Source: Auanema rhodensis (Eukaryota; Animalia; Nematoda). Taken from it: DNA of 64,000 nucleotides. The position numbers and the translations under genes are program-made. A model generated the notes under the pieces. That model was not told where the DNA came from. It worked only from the letters and a program-made list of their open reading frames with translations, and searched no databases. The stretch is from assembly GCA_964057225.1 (NCBI GenBank), contig OZ059898.1, positions 2,666,001-2,730,000 on the forward strand, in the 5' to 3' direction. Within the stretch, counting starts at the first letter, position 1. Each line of letters opens with the position of its first letter. Shown piece by piece: positions 26,306 to 40,867 of this stretch.

Positions 26306-29300
26306 TGTTGAATAACATTGTCCATCGTCTTTGCCTTGAAAAATGGAATCTTAAAACATCTACTTTTTGCTAAATTATTTTGAAATTTTTCGAAAAAATT
26401 TTTGTCAAAATGTTTTTGGAAGCAATGTTGAGTGTACATGGAAACTCAACATACACTAATGCATCATTTTTCAAACGATCATAACTAATTTTTGTATCAA
26501 GTGTTTCTCAATGTAATATAGTGCATTCGATGCGGATTTTTAAGCTGCGTCGATCTGTGTTATCAGATTTGCGCTAGCTTAAAAATGCACCGAGATATCA
26601 ACTGATATAAGTTCACACTTATATCCTCGATTTTCACCCTGAAGAATTAATTTTTTCGTTGAATAACATTGTCCATCGTCTTTGCCTTGAAAAATGGAAT
26701 CTAAAAACATCTACTTTTTGCTAAATTATTTTGAAATTTTTCGAAACAATTTTTGTCAAAATGTTTTTGGAAGCAATGTTGAGTGTACATGGAAACTCAA
26801 CATACACTAATGCATCATTTTTCAAACGGTCATAACTAATTTTTGTATCAAGCGTTTCTTAATGTAGTATAGTGCATTCGATCCGGATTTTTAAGCTGCG
26901 TCAATCTGTGTTATCAGATTTGCGCTAGCTTAAAAATGCACCGAGATATCAACTGATATAAGTTCACACTTATATCCTCGATTTTCACCCTGAAGAAATA
27001 ATTTTTTCGTTGAATAACATTGTCCATCGTCTTTGCCTTGAAAAAAGGAATCTAAAAACATCTACTTTTTGCCAAATTATTTTGAAATTTTTCGAAAAAA
27101 TTTTTGTCAAAATGTTTTTGGAAGCAATGTTGAGTGTACATGGAAACTCAACATACACTAATGCATCATTTTTCTAACGATCATAACTAATTTTTGTATT
27201 AAGCTTTTCTCAATGTAGTATAGTGCATTCGATGCGGATTTTTAAGCTGCGTCGATCTGTGTTATCAGATTTGCGCTAGCTTAAAAATGCACCGAGATAT
27301 CAACTGATATAAGTTCACACTTATATCCTCGATTTTCACCCTGAAGAATTAATTTTTTTGTTGAATAACATTGTCCATCGTCTTTGCCTTGAAAAATGGA
27401 ATCTTAAAACATCTACTTTTTGCTAAATTATTTTGAAATTTTTCGAAAAAATTTTTGTCAAAATGTTTTTGGAAGCAATGTTGAGTGTACATGGAAACTC
27501 AACATACACTAATGCATCATTTTTCAAACGATCATAACTAATTTTTGTATCAAGTGTTTCTCAATGTAATATAGTGCATTCGATGCGGATTTTTAAGCTG
27601 CGTCGATCTGTGTTATCAGATTTGCGCTAGCTTAAAAATGCACCGAGATATCAACTGATATAAGTTCACACTTATATCCTCGACTTTCACCCTGAAGAAT
27701 TAATTTTTTCGTTGAATAACATTGTCCATCGTCTTTGCCTTGAAAAATGGAATCTAAAAACATCTACTTTTTGCTAAATTATTTTGAAATTTTTCGAAAC
27801 AATTTTTGTCAAAATGTTTTTGGAAGCAATGTTGAGTGTACATGGAAACTCAACATACACTAATGCATCATTTTTCAAACGGTCATAACTAATTTTTGTA
27901 TCAAGCGTTTCTTAATGTAGTATAGTGCATTCGATCCGGATTTTTAAGCTGCGTCGATCTGTGTTATCAGATTTGCGCTAGCTTAAAAATGCACCGAGAT
28001 ATCAACTGATATAAGTTCACACTTATATCCTCGATTTTCACCCTGAAGAATTAATTTTTTTGTTGAATAACATTGTCCATCGTCTTTGCCTTGAAAAATG
28101 GAATCTAAAAACATCTACTTTTTGCTAAATTATTTTGAAATTTTTCGAAAAAATTTTTGTCAAAATGTTTTTGGAAGCAATGTTGAGTGTACATGGAAAC
28201 TCAACATACACTAATGCATCATTTTTCAAACAATCATAACTAATTTTTGTATTAAGCTTTTCTCAATGTAGTATAGTGCATTCGATGCGGATTTTTAAGC
28301 TGCGTCGATCTGTGTTATCAGATTTGCGCTAGCTTAAAAATGCACCGAGATATCAACTGATATAAGTTCACACTTATATCCTCGATTTTCACCCTGAAGA
28401 ATTAACTTTTTCGTTGAATAACATTGTCTATCGTCTTTGCCTTGAAAAATGGAATCTAAAAACATCTACTTTTTGCTAAATTATTCTGAAATTTTTCGAA
28501 AAAATTTTTGTCAAAATGTTTTTGGAAGCAATGTTGAGTGTACATGGAAACTCAACATACACTAATGCATCATTTTTCAAACGATCATAACTAATTTTTG
28601 TATTAAGCGTTTTTCAATGTAGTATAGTGCATTCGATGCGGATTTTTAAGCTGCGTCGATCTGTGTTATCAGATTTGCGCTAGCTTAAAAATGCACCGAG
28701 ATATCAACTGATATAAGTTCACACTTATATCCTCGATTTTCACCCTGAAGAATTAATTTTTTCGTTGAATAACATTGTCCATCGTCTTTGCCTTGAAAAA
28801 TGGAATCTAAAAACATCTACTTTTTGCTAAATTATTTTGAAATTTTTCGAAAAAATTTTTGTCAAAATGTTTTTGGAAGCAATGTTGAGTGTACATGGAA
28901 ACTCAACATACACTAATGCATCATTTTTCAAACGGTCATAACTAATTTTTGTATCAAGCGTTTCTTAATGTAGTATAGTGCATTCGATCCGGATTTTTAA
29001 GCTGCGTCAATCTGTGTTATCAGATTTGCGCTAGCTTAAAAATGCACCGAGATATCAACTGATATAAGTTCACACTTATATCCTCGATTTTCACCCTGAA
29101 GAATTAATTTTTTCGTTGAATAACATTGTCCATCGTCTTTGCCTTGAAAAATGGAATCTAAAAACATCTACTTTTTGCTAAATTATTTTGAAATTTTTCG
29201 AAACAATTTTTGTCAAAATGTTTTTGGAAGCAATGTTGAGTGTACATGGAAACTCAACATACACTAATGCATCATTTTTCAAACGATCATAACTAATTTT

Positions 29301-32300
29301 TGTATCAAGTGTTTCTCAATGTAATATAGTGCATTCGATGCGGATTTTTAAGCTGCGTCGATCTGTGTTATCAGATTTGCGCTAGCTTAAAAATGCACCG
29401 AGATATCAACTGATATAAGTTCACACTTATATCCTCGATTTTCACCCTGAAGAATTAATTTTTTCGTTGAATAACATTGTCCATCGTCTTTGCCTTGAAA
29501 AATGGAATCTAAAAACATCTACTTTTTGCTAAATTATTTTGAAATTTTTCGAAACAATTTTTGTCAAAATGTTTTTGGAAGCAATGTTGAGTGTACATGG
29601 AAACTCAACATACACTAATGCATCATTTTTCAAACGGTCATAACTAATTTTTGTATCAAGCGTTTCTTAATGTAGTATAGTGCATTCGATCCGGATTTTT
29701 AAGCTGCGTCAATCTGTGTTATCAGATTTGCGCTAGCTTAAAAATGCACCGAGATATCAACTGATATAAGTTCACACTTATATCCTCGATTTTCACCCTG
29801 AAGAATTAATTTTTTCGTTGAATAACATTGTCCATCGTCTTTGCCTTGAAAAATGGAATCTAAAAACATCTACTTTTTGCTAAATTATTTTGAAATTTTT
29901 CGAAACAATTTTTGTCAAAATGTTTTTGGAAGCAATGTTGAGTGTACATGGAAACTCAACATACACTAATGCATCATTTTTCAAACGGTCATAACTAATT
30001 TTTGTATCAAGCGTTTCTTAATGTAGTATAGTGCATTCGATCCGGATTTTTAAGCTGCGTCAATCTGTGTTATCAGATTTGCGCTAGCTTAAAAATGCAC
30101 CGAGATATATACTGATATAAGTTCACACTTATATCCTCGATTTTCACCCTGAAGAAAGAATTTTTTCGTTGAATAACATTGTCCATCGTCTTTGCCTTGA
30201 AAAAAGGAATCTAAAAACATCTACTTTTTGCTAAATTATTTTGAAATTTTTCGAAAAAATTTTTGTCAAAATGTTTTTGGAAGCAATGTTGAGTGTACAT
30301 GGAAACTCAACATACACTAATGCATCATTTTTCTAACGATCATAACTAATTTTTGTATTAAGCTTTTCTCAATGTAGTATAGTGCATTCGATGCGGATTT
30401 TTAAGCTGCGTCGATCTGTGTTATCAGATTTGCGCTAGCTTAAAAATGCACCGAGATATCAACTGATATAAGTTCACACTTATATCCTCGATTTTCACCC
30501 TGAAGAATTAATTTTTTCGTTGAATAACATTGTCCATCGTCTTTGCCTTGAAAAATGAAATCTAAAAACATCTACTTTTTGCTAAATTATTTTGAAATTT
30601 TTCGAAACAATTTTTGTCAAAATGTTTTTGGAAGCAATGTTGAGTGTACATGGAAACTCAACATACACTAATGCATCATTTTTCAAACGGTCATAACTAA
30701 TTTTTGTATCAAGCGTTTCTTAATGTAGTATAGTGCATTCGATCCGGATTTTTAAGCTGCGTCAATCTGTGTTATCAGATTTGCGCTAGCTTAAAAATGC
30801 ACCGAGATATATACTGATATAAGTTCACACTTATATCCTCGATTTTCACCCTGAAGAAATAATTTTTTTGTTGAATAACATTGTCCATCGTCTTTGCCTT
30901 GAAAAAAGGAATCTAAAAACATCTACTTTTTGCTAAATTATTTTGAAATTTTTCGAAAAAATTTTTGTCAAAATGTTTTTGGAAGCAATGTTGAGTGTAC
31001 ATGGAAACTCAACATACACTAATGCATCATTTTTCAAACGGTCATAACTAATTTTTGTATTAAGCTTTTCTCAATGTAGTATAGTGCATTCGATCCGGAT
31101 TTTTAAGCTGCGTCAATCTGTGTTATCAGATTTGCGCTAGCTTAAAAATGCACCGAGATATATACTGATATAAGTTCACACTTATATCCTCGATTTTCAC
31201 CCTGAAGAAATAATTTTTTCGTTGAATAACATTGTCCATCGTCTTTGCCTTGAAAAAAGGAATCTAAAAACATCTACTTTTTGCTAAATTATTTTGAAAT
31301 TTTTCGAAAAAATTTTTGTCAAAATGTTTTTGGAAGCAATGTTGAGTGTACATGGAAACTCAACATACACTAATGCATCATTTTTCTAACGATCATAACT
31401 AATTTTTGTATTAAGCTTTTCTCAATGTAGTATAGTGCATTCGATGCGGATTTTTAAGCTGCGTCGATCTGTGTTATCAGATTTGCGCTAGCTTAAAAAT
31501 GCACCGAGATATCAACTGATATAAGTTCACACTTATATCCTCGATTTTCACCCTGAAGAATTAATTTTTTCGTTGAATAACATTGTCCATCGTCTTTGCC
31601 TTGATAAATGAAATCTAAAAACATCTACTTTTTGCTAAATTATTTTGAAATTTTTCGAAACAATTTTTGTCAAAATGTTTTTGGAAGCAATGTTGAGTGT
31701 ACATGGAAACTCAACATACACTAATGCATCATTTTTCAAACGGTCATAACTAATTTTTGTATCAAGCGTTTCTTAATGTAGTATAGTGCATTCGATCCGG
31801 ATTTTTAAGCTGCGTCAATCTGTGTTATCAGATTTGCGCTAGCTTAAAAATGCACCGAGATATATACTGATATAAGTTCACACTTATATCCTCGATTTTC
31901 ACCCTGAAGAAATAATTTTTTTGTTGAATAACATTGTCCATCGTCTTTGCCTTGAAAAAAGGAATCTAAAAACATCTACTTTTTGCTAAATTATTTTGAA
32001 ATTTTTCGAAAAAATTTTTGTCAAAATGTTTTTGGAAGCAATGTTGAGTGTACATGGAAACTCAACATACACTAATGCATCATTTTTCTAACGATCATAA
32101 CTAATTTTTGTATTAAGCTTTTCTCAATGTAGTATAGTGCATTCGATGCGGATTTTTAAGCTGCGTCGATCTGTGTTATCAGATTTGCGCTAGCTTAAAA
32201 ATGCACCGAGATATCAACTGATATAAGTTCACACTTATATCCTCGATTTTCACCCTGAAGAATTAATTTTTTCGTTGAATAACATTGTCCATCGTCTTTG

Positions 32301-33694
32301 CCTTGAAAAATGGAATCTTAAAACATCTACTTTTTGCTAAATTATTTTGAAATTTTTCGAAAAAATTTTTGTCAAAATGTTTTTGGAAGCAATGTTGAGT
32401 GTACATGGAAACTCAACATACACTAATGCATCATTTTTCAAACGATCATAACTAATTTTTGTATCAAGTGTTTTTCAATGTAATATAGTGCATTCGATGC
32501 GGATTTTTAAGCTGCGTCGATCTGTGTTATCAGATTTGCGCTAGCTTAAAAATGCACCGAGATATCAACTGATATAAGTTCACACTTATATCCTCGATTT
32601 TCACCCTGAAGAATTAATTTTTTCGTTGAATAACATTGTCCATCGTCTTTGCCTTGAAAAATGGAATCTAAAAACATCTACTTTTTGCTAAATTATTTTG
32701 AAATTTTTTGAAACAATTTTTGTCAAAATGTTTTTGGAAGCAATGTTGAGTGTACATGGAAACTCAACATACACTAATGCATCATTTTTCAAACGGTCAT
32801 AACTAATTTTTGTATCAAGCGTTTCTTAATGTAGTATAGTGCATTCGATCCGGATTTTTAAGCTGCGTCGATCTGTGTTATCAGATTTGCGCTAGCTTAA
32901 AAATGCACCGAGATATCAACTGATATAAGTTCACACTTATATCCTCGATTTTCACCCTGAAGAATTAATTTTTTCGTTGAATAACATTGTCCATCGTCTT
33001 TGCCTTGAAAAATGGAATCTAAAAACATCTACTTTTTGCTAAATTATTTTGAAATTTTTCGAAACAATTTTTGTCAAAATGTTTTTGGAAGCAATGTTGA
33101 GTGTACATGGAAACTCAACATACACTAATGCATCATTTTTCAAACGATCATAACTAATTTTTGTATTAAGCTTTTCTCAATGTAGTATAGTGCATTCGAT
33201 GCGGATTTTTAAGCTGCGTCGATCTGTGTTATCAGATTTGCGCTAGCTTAAAAATGCACCGAGATATCAACTGATATAAGTTCACACTTATATCCTCGAT
33301 TTTCACCCTGAAGAATTAACTTTTTCGTTGAATAACATTGTCTATCGTCTTTGCCTTGAAAAATGGAATCTAAAAACATCTACTTTTTGCTAAATTATTC
33401 TGAAATTTTTCGAAAAAATTTTTGTCAAAATGTTTTTGGAAGCAATGTTGAGTGTACATGGAAACTCAACATACACTAATGCATCATTTTTCAAACGATC
33501 ATAACTAATTTTTGTATCAAGTGTTTCTCAATGTAATATAGTGCATTCGATGCGGATTTTTAAGCTGCGTCGATCTGTGTTATCAGATTTGCGCTAGCTT
33601 AAAAATGCACCGAGATATCAACTGATATAAGTTCACACTTATATCCTCGATTTTCACCCTGAAGAATTAATTTTTTCGTTGAATAACATTGTCC

Positions 33695-36300
33695 ATCGTC
33701 TTTGCCTTGAAAAATGGAATCTTAAAACATCTACTTTTTGCTAAATTATTTTGAAATTTTTCGAAAAAATTTTTGTCAAAATGTTTTTGGAAGCAATGTT
33801 GAGTGTACATGGAAACTCAACATACACTAATGCATCATTTTTCAAACGATCATAACTAATTTTTGTATCAAGTGTTTCTCAATGTAATATAGTGCATTCG
33901 ATGCGGATTTTTAAGCTGCGTCGATCTGTGTTATCAGATTTGCGCTAGCTTAAAAATGCACCGAGATATCAACTGATATAAGTTCACACTTATATCCTCG
34001 ATTTTCACCCTGAAGAATTAATTTTTTCGTTGAATAACATTGTCCATCGTCTTTGCCTTGAAAAATGGAATCTAAAAACATCTACTTTTTGCTAAATTAT
34101 TTTGAAATTTTTCGAAACAATTTTTGTCAAAATGTTTTTGGAAGCAATGTTGAGTGTACATGGAAACTCAACATACACTAATGCATCATTTTTCAAACGG
34201 TCATAACTAATTTTTGTATCAAGCGTTTCTTAATGTAGTATAGTGCATTCGATCCGGATTTTTAAGCTGCGTCGATCTGTGTTATCAGATTTGCGCTAGC
34301 TTAAAAATGCACCGAGATATCAACTGATATAAGTTCACACTTATATCCTCGATTTTCACCCTGAAGAATTAATTTTTTTGTTGAATAACATTGTCCGTCG
34401 TCTTTGCCTTGAAAAATGGAATCTAAAAACATCTACTTTTTGCTAAATTATTTTGAAATTTTTCGAAAAAATTTTTGTCAAAATGTTTTTGGAAGCAATG
34501 TTGAGTGTACATGGAAACTCAACATACACTAATGCATCATTTTTCAAACGATCATAACTAATTTTTGTATTAAGCTTTTCTCAATGTAGTATAGTGCATT
34601 CGATCCGGATTTTTAAGCTGCGTCGATCTGTGTTATCAGATTTGCGCTAGCTTAAAAATGCACCGAGATATCAACTGATATAAGTTCACACTTATATCCT
34701 CGATTTTCACCCTGAAGAATTAATTTTTTTGTTGAATAACATTGTCCGTCGTCTTTGCCTTGAAAAATGGAATCTAAAAACATCTACTTTTTGCTAAATT
34801 ATTTTGAAATTTTTCGAAAAAATTTTTGTCAAAATGTTTTTGGAAGCAATGTTGAGTGTACATGGAAACTCAACATACACTAATGCATCATTTTTCAAAC
34901 GATCATAACTAATTTTTGTATCAAGCGTTTCTTAATGTAGTATAGTGCATTCGATCCGGATTTTTAAGCTGCGTCGATCTGTGTTATCAGATTTGCGCTA
35001 GCTTAAAAATGCACCGAGATATCAACTGATATAAGTTCACACTTATATCCTCGATTTTCACCCTGAAGAATTAATTTTTTCGTTGAATAACATTGTCCAT
35101 CGTCTTTGCCTTGAAAAATGGAATCTTAAAACATCTACTTTTTGCTAAATTATTTTGAAATTTTTCGAAAAAATTTTTGTCAAAATGTTTTTGGAAGCAA
35201 TGTTGAGTGTACATGGAAACTCAACATACACTAATGCATCATTTTTCAAACGATCATAACTAATTTTTGTATCAAGTGTTTCTCAATGTAATATAGTGCA
35301 TTCGATGCGGATTTTTAAGCTGCGTCGATCTGTGTTATCAGATTTGCGCTAGCTTAAAAATGCACCGAGATATCAACTGATATAAGTTCACACTTATATC
35401 CTCGATTTTCACCCTGAAGAATTAATTTTTTCGTTGAATAACATTGTCCATCGTCTTTGCCTTGAAAAATGGAATCTAAAAACATCTACTTTTTGCTAAA
35501 TTATTTTGAAATTTTTCGAAACAATTTTTGTCAAAATGTTTTTGGAAGCAATGTTGAGTGTACATGGAAACTCAACATACACTAATGCATCATTTTTCAA
35601 ACGGTCATAACTAATTTTTGTATCAAGCGTTTCTTAATGTAGTATAGTGCATTCGATCCGGATTTTTAAGCTGCGTCGATCTGTGTTATCAGATTTGCGC
35701 TAGCTTAAAAATGCACCGAGATATCAACTGATATAAGTTCACACTTATATCCTCGATTTTCACCCTGAAGAATTAATTTTTTTGTTGAATAACATTGTCC
35801 GTCGTCTTTGCCTTGAAAAATGGAATCTAAAAACATCTACTTTTTGCTAAATTATTTTGAAATTTTTCGAAAAAATTTTTGTCAAAATGTTTTTGGAAGC
35901 AATGTTGAGTGTACATGGAAACTCAACATACACTAATGCATCATTTTTCAAACGATCATAACTAATTTTTGTATTAAGCTTTTCTCAATGTAGTATAGTG
36001 CATTCGATCCGGATTTTTAAGCTGCGTCGATCTGTGTTATCAGATTTGCGCTAGCTTAAAAATGCACCGAGATATCAACTGATATAAGTTCACACTTATA
36101 TCCTCGATTTTCACCCTGAAGAATTAATTTTTTTGTTGAATAACATTGTCCGTCGTCTTTGCCTTGAAAAATGGAATCTAAAAACATCTACTTTTTGCTA
36201 AATTATTTTGAAATTTTTCGAAAAAATTTTTGTCAAAATGTTTTTGGAAGCAATGTTGAGTGTACATGGAAACTCAACATACACTAATGCATCATTTTTC
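33695..36300. repeat. 4-monomer (1404-bp) tandem duplication, about 2 copies
   Basis: The private variant GTCCGTCG (A>G at monomer position 1) occurs at 34397, 34748 and again at 35801, 36152 (+1404), with matching preceding monomer types. Confidence 0.8.
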
Positions 36301-37711
36301 AAACGATCATAACTAATTTTTGTATTAAGCTTTTCTCAATGTAGTATAGTGCATTCGATGCGGATTTTTAAGCTGCGTCGATCTGTGTTATCAGATTTGC
36401 GCTAGCTTAAAAATGCACCGAGATATCAACTGATATAAGTTCACACTTATATCCTCGATTTTCACCCTGAAGAATTAACTTTTTCGTTGAATAACATTGT
36501 CTATCGTCTTTGCCTTGAAAAATGGAATCTAAAAACATTTACTTTTTGCTAAATTATTCTGAAATTTTTCGAAAAAATTTTTGTCAAAATGTTTTTGGAA
36601 GCAATGTTGAGTGTACATGGAAACTCAACATACACTAATGCATCATTTTTCAAACGATCATAACTAATTTTTGTATCAAGTGTTTCTCAATGTAATATAG
36701 TGCATTCGATGCGGATTTTTAAGCTGCGTCGATCTGTGTTATCAGATTTGCGCTAGCTTAAAAATGCACCGAGATATCAACTGATATAAGTTCACACTTA
36801 TATCCTCGATTTTCACCCTGAAGAATTAATTTTTTCGTTGAATAAAATTGTCCATCGTCTTTGCCTTGAAAAATGGAATCTAAAAACATCTACTTTTTGC
36901 TAAATTATTTTGAAATTTTTCGAAACAATTTTTGTCAAAATGTTTTTGGAAGCAATGTTGAGTGTACATGGAAACTCAACATACACTAATGCATCATTTT
37001 TCGAACGATCATAACTAATTTTTGTATTAAGCTTTTCTCAATGTAGTATAGTGCATTCGATGCGGATTTTTAAGCTGCGTCGATCTGTGTTATCAGATTT
37101 GCGCTAGCTTAAAAATGCACCGAGATATCAACTGATATAAGTTCACACTTATATCCTCGATTTTCACCCTGAAGAATTAACTTTTTCGTTGAATTACATT
37201 GTCTATCGTCTTTGCCTTGAAAAATGGAATCTAAAAACATCTACTTTTTGCTAAATTATTCTGAAATTTTTCGAAAAAATTTTTGTCAAAATGTTTTTGG
37301 AAGCAATGTTGAGTGTACATGGAAACTCAACATACACTAATGCATCATTTTTCAAACGATCATAACTAATTTTTGTATCAAGTGTTTCTCAATGTAATAT
37401 AGTGCATTCGATGCGGATTTTTAAGCTGCGTCGATCTGTGTTATCAGATTTGCGCTAGCTTAAAAATGCACCGAGATATCAACTGATATAAGTTCACACT
37501 TATATCCTCGATTTTCACCCTGAAGAAATAATTTTTTCGTTGAATAACATTGTCCATCGTCTTTGCCTTGAAAAATGGAATCTTAAAACATCTACTTTTT
37601 GCTAAATTATTTTGAAATTTTTCGAAACAATTTTTGTCAAAATGTTTTTGGAAGCAATGTTGAGTGTACATGGAAACTCAACATACACTAATGCATCATT
37701 TTTCAAACGGT

Positions 37712-40700
37712 CATAACTAATTTTTGTATCAAGCGTTTCTTAATGTAGTATAGTGCATTCGATCCGGATTTTTAAGCTGCGTCGATCTGTGTTATCAGAT
37801 TTGCGCTAGCTTAAAAATGCACCGAGATATCAACTGATATAAGTTCACACTTATATCCTCGATTTTCACCCTGAAGAATTAATTTTTTTGTTGAATAACA
37901 TTGTCCATCGTCTTTGCCTTGAAAAATGGAATCTAAAAACATCTACTTTTTGCTAAATTATTTTGAAATTTTTCGAAAAAATTTTTGTCAAAATGTTTTT
38001 GGAAGCAATGTTGAGTGTACATGGAAACTCAACATACACTAATGCATCATTTTTCAAACGATCATAACTAATTTTTCTATCAAGCGTTTCTTAATGTAGT
38101 ATAGTGCATTCGATCCGGATTTTTAAGCTGCGTCGATCTGTGTTATCAGATTTGCGCTAGCTTAAAAATGCACCGAGATATCAACTGATATAAGTTCACA
38201 CTTATATCCTCGATTTTCACCCTGAAGAATTAACTTTTTCGTTGAATAACATTGTCTATCGTCTTTGCCTTGAAAAATGGAATCTAAAAACATCTACTTT
38301 TTGCTAAATTATTCTGAAATTTTTCGAAAAAATTTTTGTCAAAATGTTTTTGGAAGCAATGTTGAGTGTACATGGAAACTCAACATACACTAATGCATCA
38401 TTTTTCAAACAATCATAACTAATTTTTGTATTAAGCTTTTCTCGATGTAGTATAGTGCATTCGTTGCGGATTTTTAAGCTGCGTCGATCTGTGTTATCAG
38501 ATTTGCGCTAGCTTAAAAATGCACCGAGATATCAACTGATATAAGTTCACACTTATATCCTCGATTTTCACCCTGAAGAATTAACTTTTTCGTTGAATAA
38601 CATTGTCTATCGTCTTTGCCTTGAAAAATGGAATCTAAAAACATCTACTTTTTGGTAAATTATTTTGAAATTTTTCGAAAAAATTTTTGTCAAAATGTTT
38701 TTGGAAGCAATGTTGAGTGTACATGGAAACTCAACATACACTAATGCATCATTTTTCAAACGATCATAACTAATTTTTGTATCAAGCGTTTCTTAATGTA
38801 GTATAGTGCATTCGATCCGGATTTTTAAGCTGCGTCGATCTGTGTTATCAGATTTGCGCTAGCTTAAAAATGCACCGAGATATCAACTGATATAAGTTCA
38901 CACTTATATCCTCGATTTTCACCCTGAAGAATTAATTTTTTTGTTGAATAACATTGTCCATCGTCTTTGCCTTGAAAAATGGAATCTAAAAACATCTACT
39001 TTTTGCTAAATTATTTTGAAATTTTTCGAAAAAATTTTTGTCAAAATGTTTTTGGAAGCAATGTTGAGTGTACATGGAAACTCAACATACACTAATGCAT
39101 CATTTTTCAAACGATCATAACTAATTTTTCTATCAAGCGTTTCTTAATGTAGTATAGTGCATTCGATCCGGATTTTTAAGCTGCGTCGATCTGTGTTATC
39201 AGATTTGCGCTAGCTTAAAAATGCACCGAGATATCAACTGATATAAGTTCACACTTATATCCTCGATTTTCACCCTGAAGAATTAACTTTTTCGTTGAAT
39301 AACATTGTCTATCGTCTTTGCCTTGAAAAATGGAATCTAAAAACATCTACTTTTTGCTAAATTATTCTGAAATTTTTCGAAAAAATTTTTGTCAAAATGT
39401 TTTTGGAAGCAATGTTGAGTGTACATGGAAACTCAACATACACTAATGCATCATTTTTCAAACAATCATAACTAATTTTTGTATTAAGCTTTTCTCGATG
39501 TAGTATAGTGCATTCGTTGCGGATTTTTAAGCTGCGTCGATCTGTGTTATCAGATTTGCGCTAGCTTAAAAATGCACCGAGATATCAACTGATATAAGTT
39601 CACACTTATATCCTCGATTTTCACCCTGAAGAATTAACTTTTTCGTTGAATAACATTGTCTATCGTCTTTGCCTTGAAAAATGGAATCTAAAAACATCTA
39701 CTTTTTGGTAAATTATTTTGAAATTTTTCGAAAAAATTTTTGTCAAAATGTTTTTGGAAGCAATGTTGAGTGTACATGGAAACTCAACATACACTAATGC
39801 ATCATTTTTCAAACGATCATAACTAATTTTTGTATCAAGCGTTTCTTAATGTAGTATAGTGCATTCGATCCGGATTTTTAAGCTGCGTCGATCTGTGTTA
39901 TCAGATTTGCGCTAGCTTAAAAATGCACCGAGATATCAACTGATATAAGTTCACACTTATATCCTCGATTTTCACCCTGAAGAATTAATTTTTTTGTTGA
40001 ATAACATTGTCCATCGTCTTTGCCTTGAAAAATGGAATCTAAAAACATCTACTTTTTGCTAAATTATTTTGAAATTTTTCGAAAAAATTTTTGTCAAAAT
40101 GTTTTTGGAAGCAATGTTGAGTGTACATGGAAACTCAACATACACTAATGCATCATTTTTCAAACGATCATAACTAATTTTTCTATCAAGCGTTTCTTAA
40201 TGTAGTATAGTGCATTCGATCCGGATTTTTAAGCTGCGTCGATCTGTGTTATCAGATTTGCGCTAGCTTAAAAATGCACCGAGATATCAACTGATATAAG
40301 TTCACACTTATATCCTCGATTTTCACCCTGAAGAATTAACTTTTTCGTTGAATAACATTGTCTATCGTCTTTGCCTTGAAAAATGGAATCTAAAAACATC
40401 TACTTTTTGCTAAATTATTCTGAAATTTTTCGAAAAAATTTTTGTCAAAATGTTTTTGGAAGCAATGTTGAGTGTACATGGAAACTCAACATACACTAAT
40501 GCATCATTTTTCAAACAATCATAACTAATTTTTGTATTAAGCTTTTCTCGATGTAGTATAGTGCATTCGTTGCGGATTTTTAAGCTGCGTCGATCTGTGT
40601 TATCAGATTTGCGCTAGCTTAAAAATGCACCGAGATATCAACTGATATAAGTTCACACTTATATCCTCGATTTTCACCCTGAAGAATTAACTTTTTCGTT

Positions 40701-40867
40701 GAATAACATTGTCTATCGTCTTTGCCTTGAAAAATGGAATCTAAAAACATCTACTTTTTGGTAAATTATTTTGAAATTTTTCGAAAAAATTTTTGTCAAA
40801 ATGTTTTTGGAAGCAATGTTGAGTGTACATGGAAACTCAACATACACTAATGCATCATTTTTCAAAC
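37712..40867. repeat. 3-monomer (1053-bp) higher-order repeat, about 3 apparently identical copies
   Basis: TTTTTCTATC variant at 38077, 39130, 40183; TTCGTTGCG at 38464, 39517, 40570; TTTGGTAAA at 38655, 39708, 40761. All are spaced 1053 bp apart. Confidence 0.92.
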
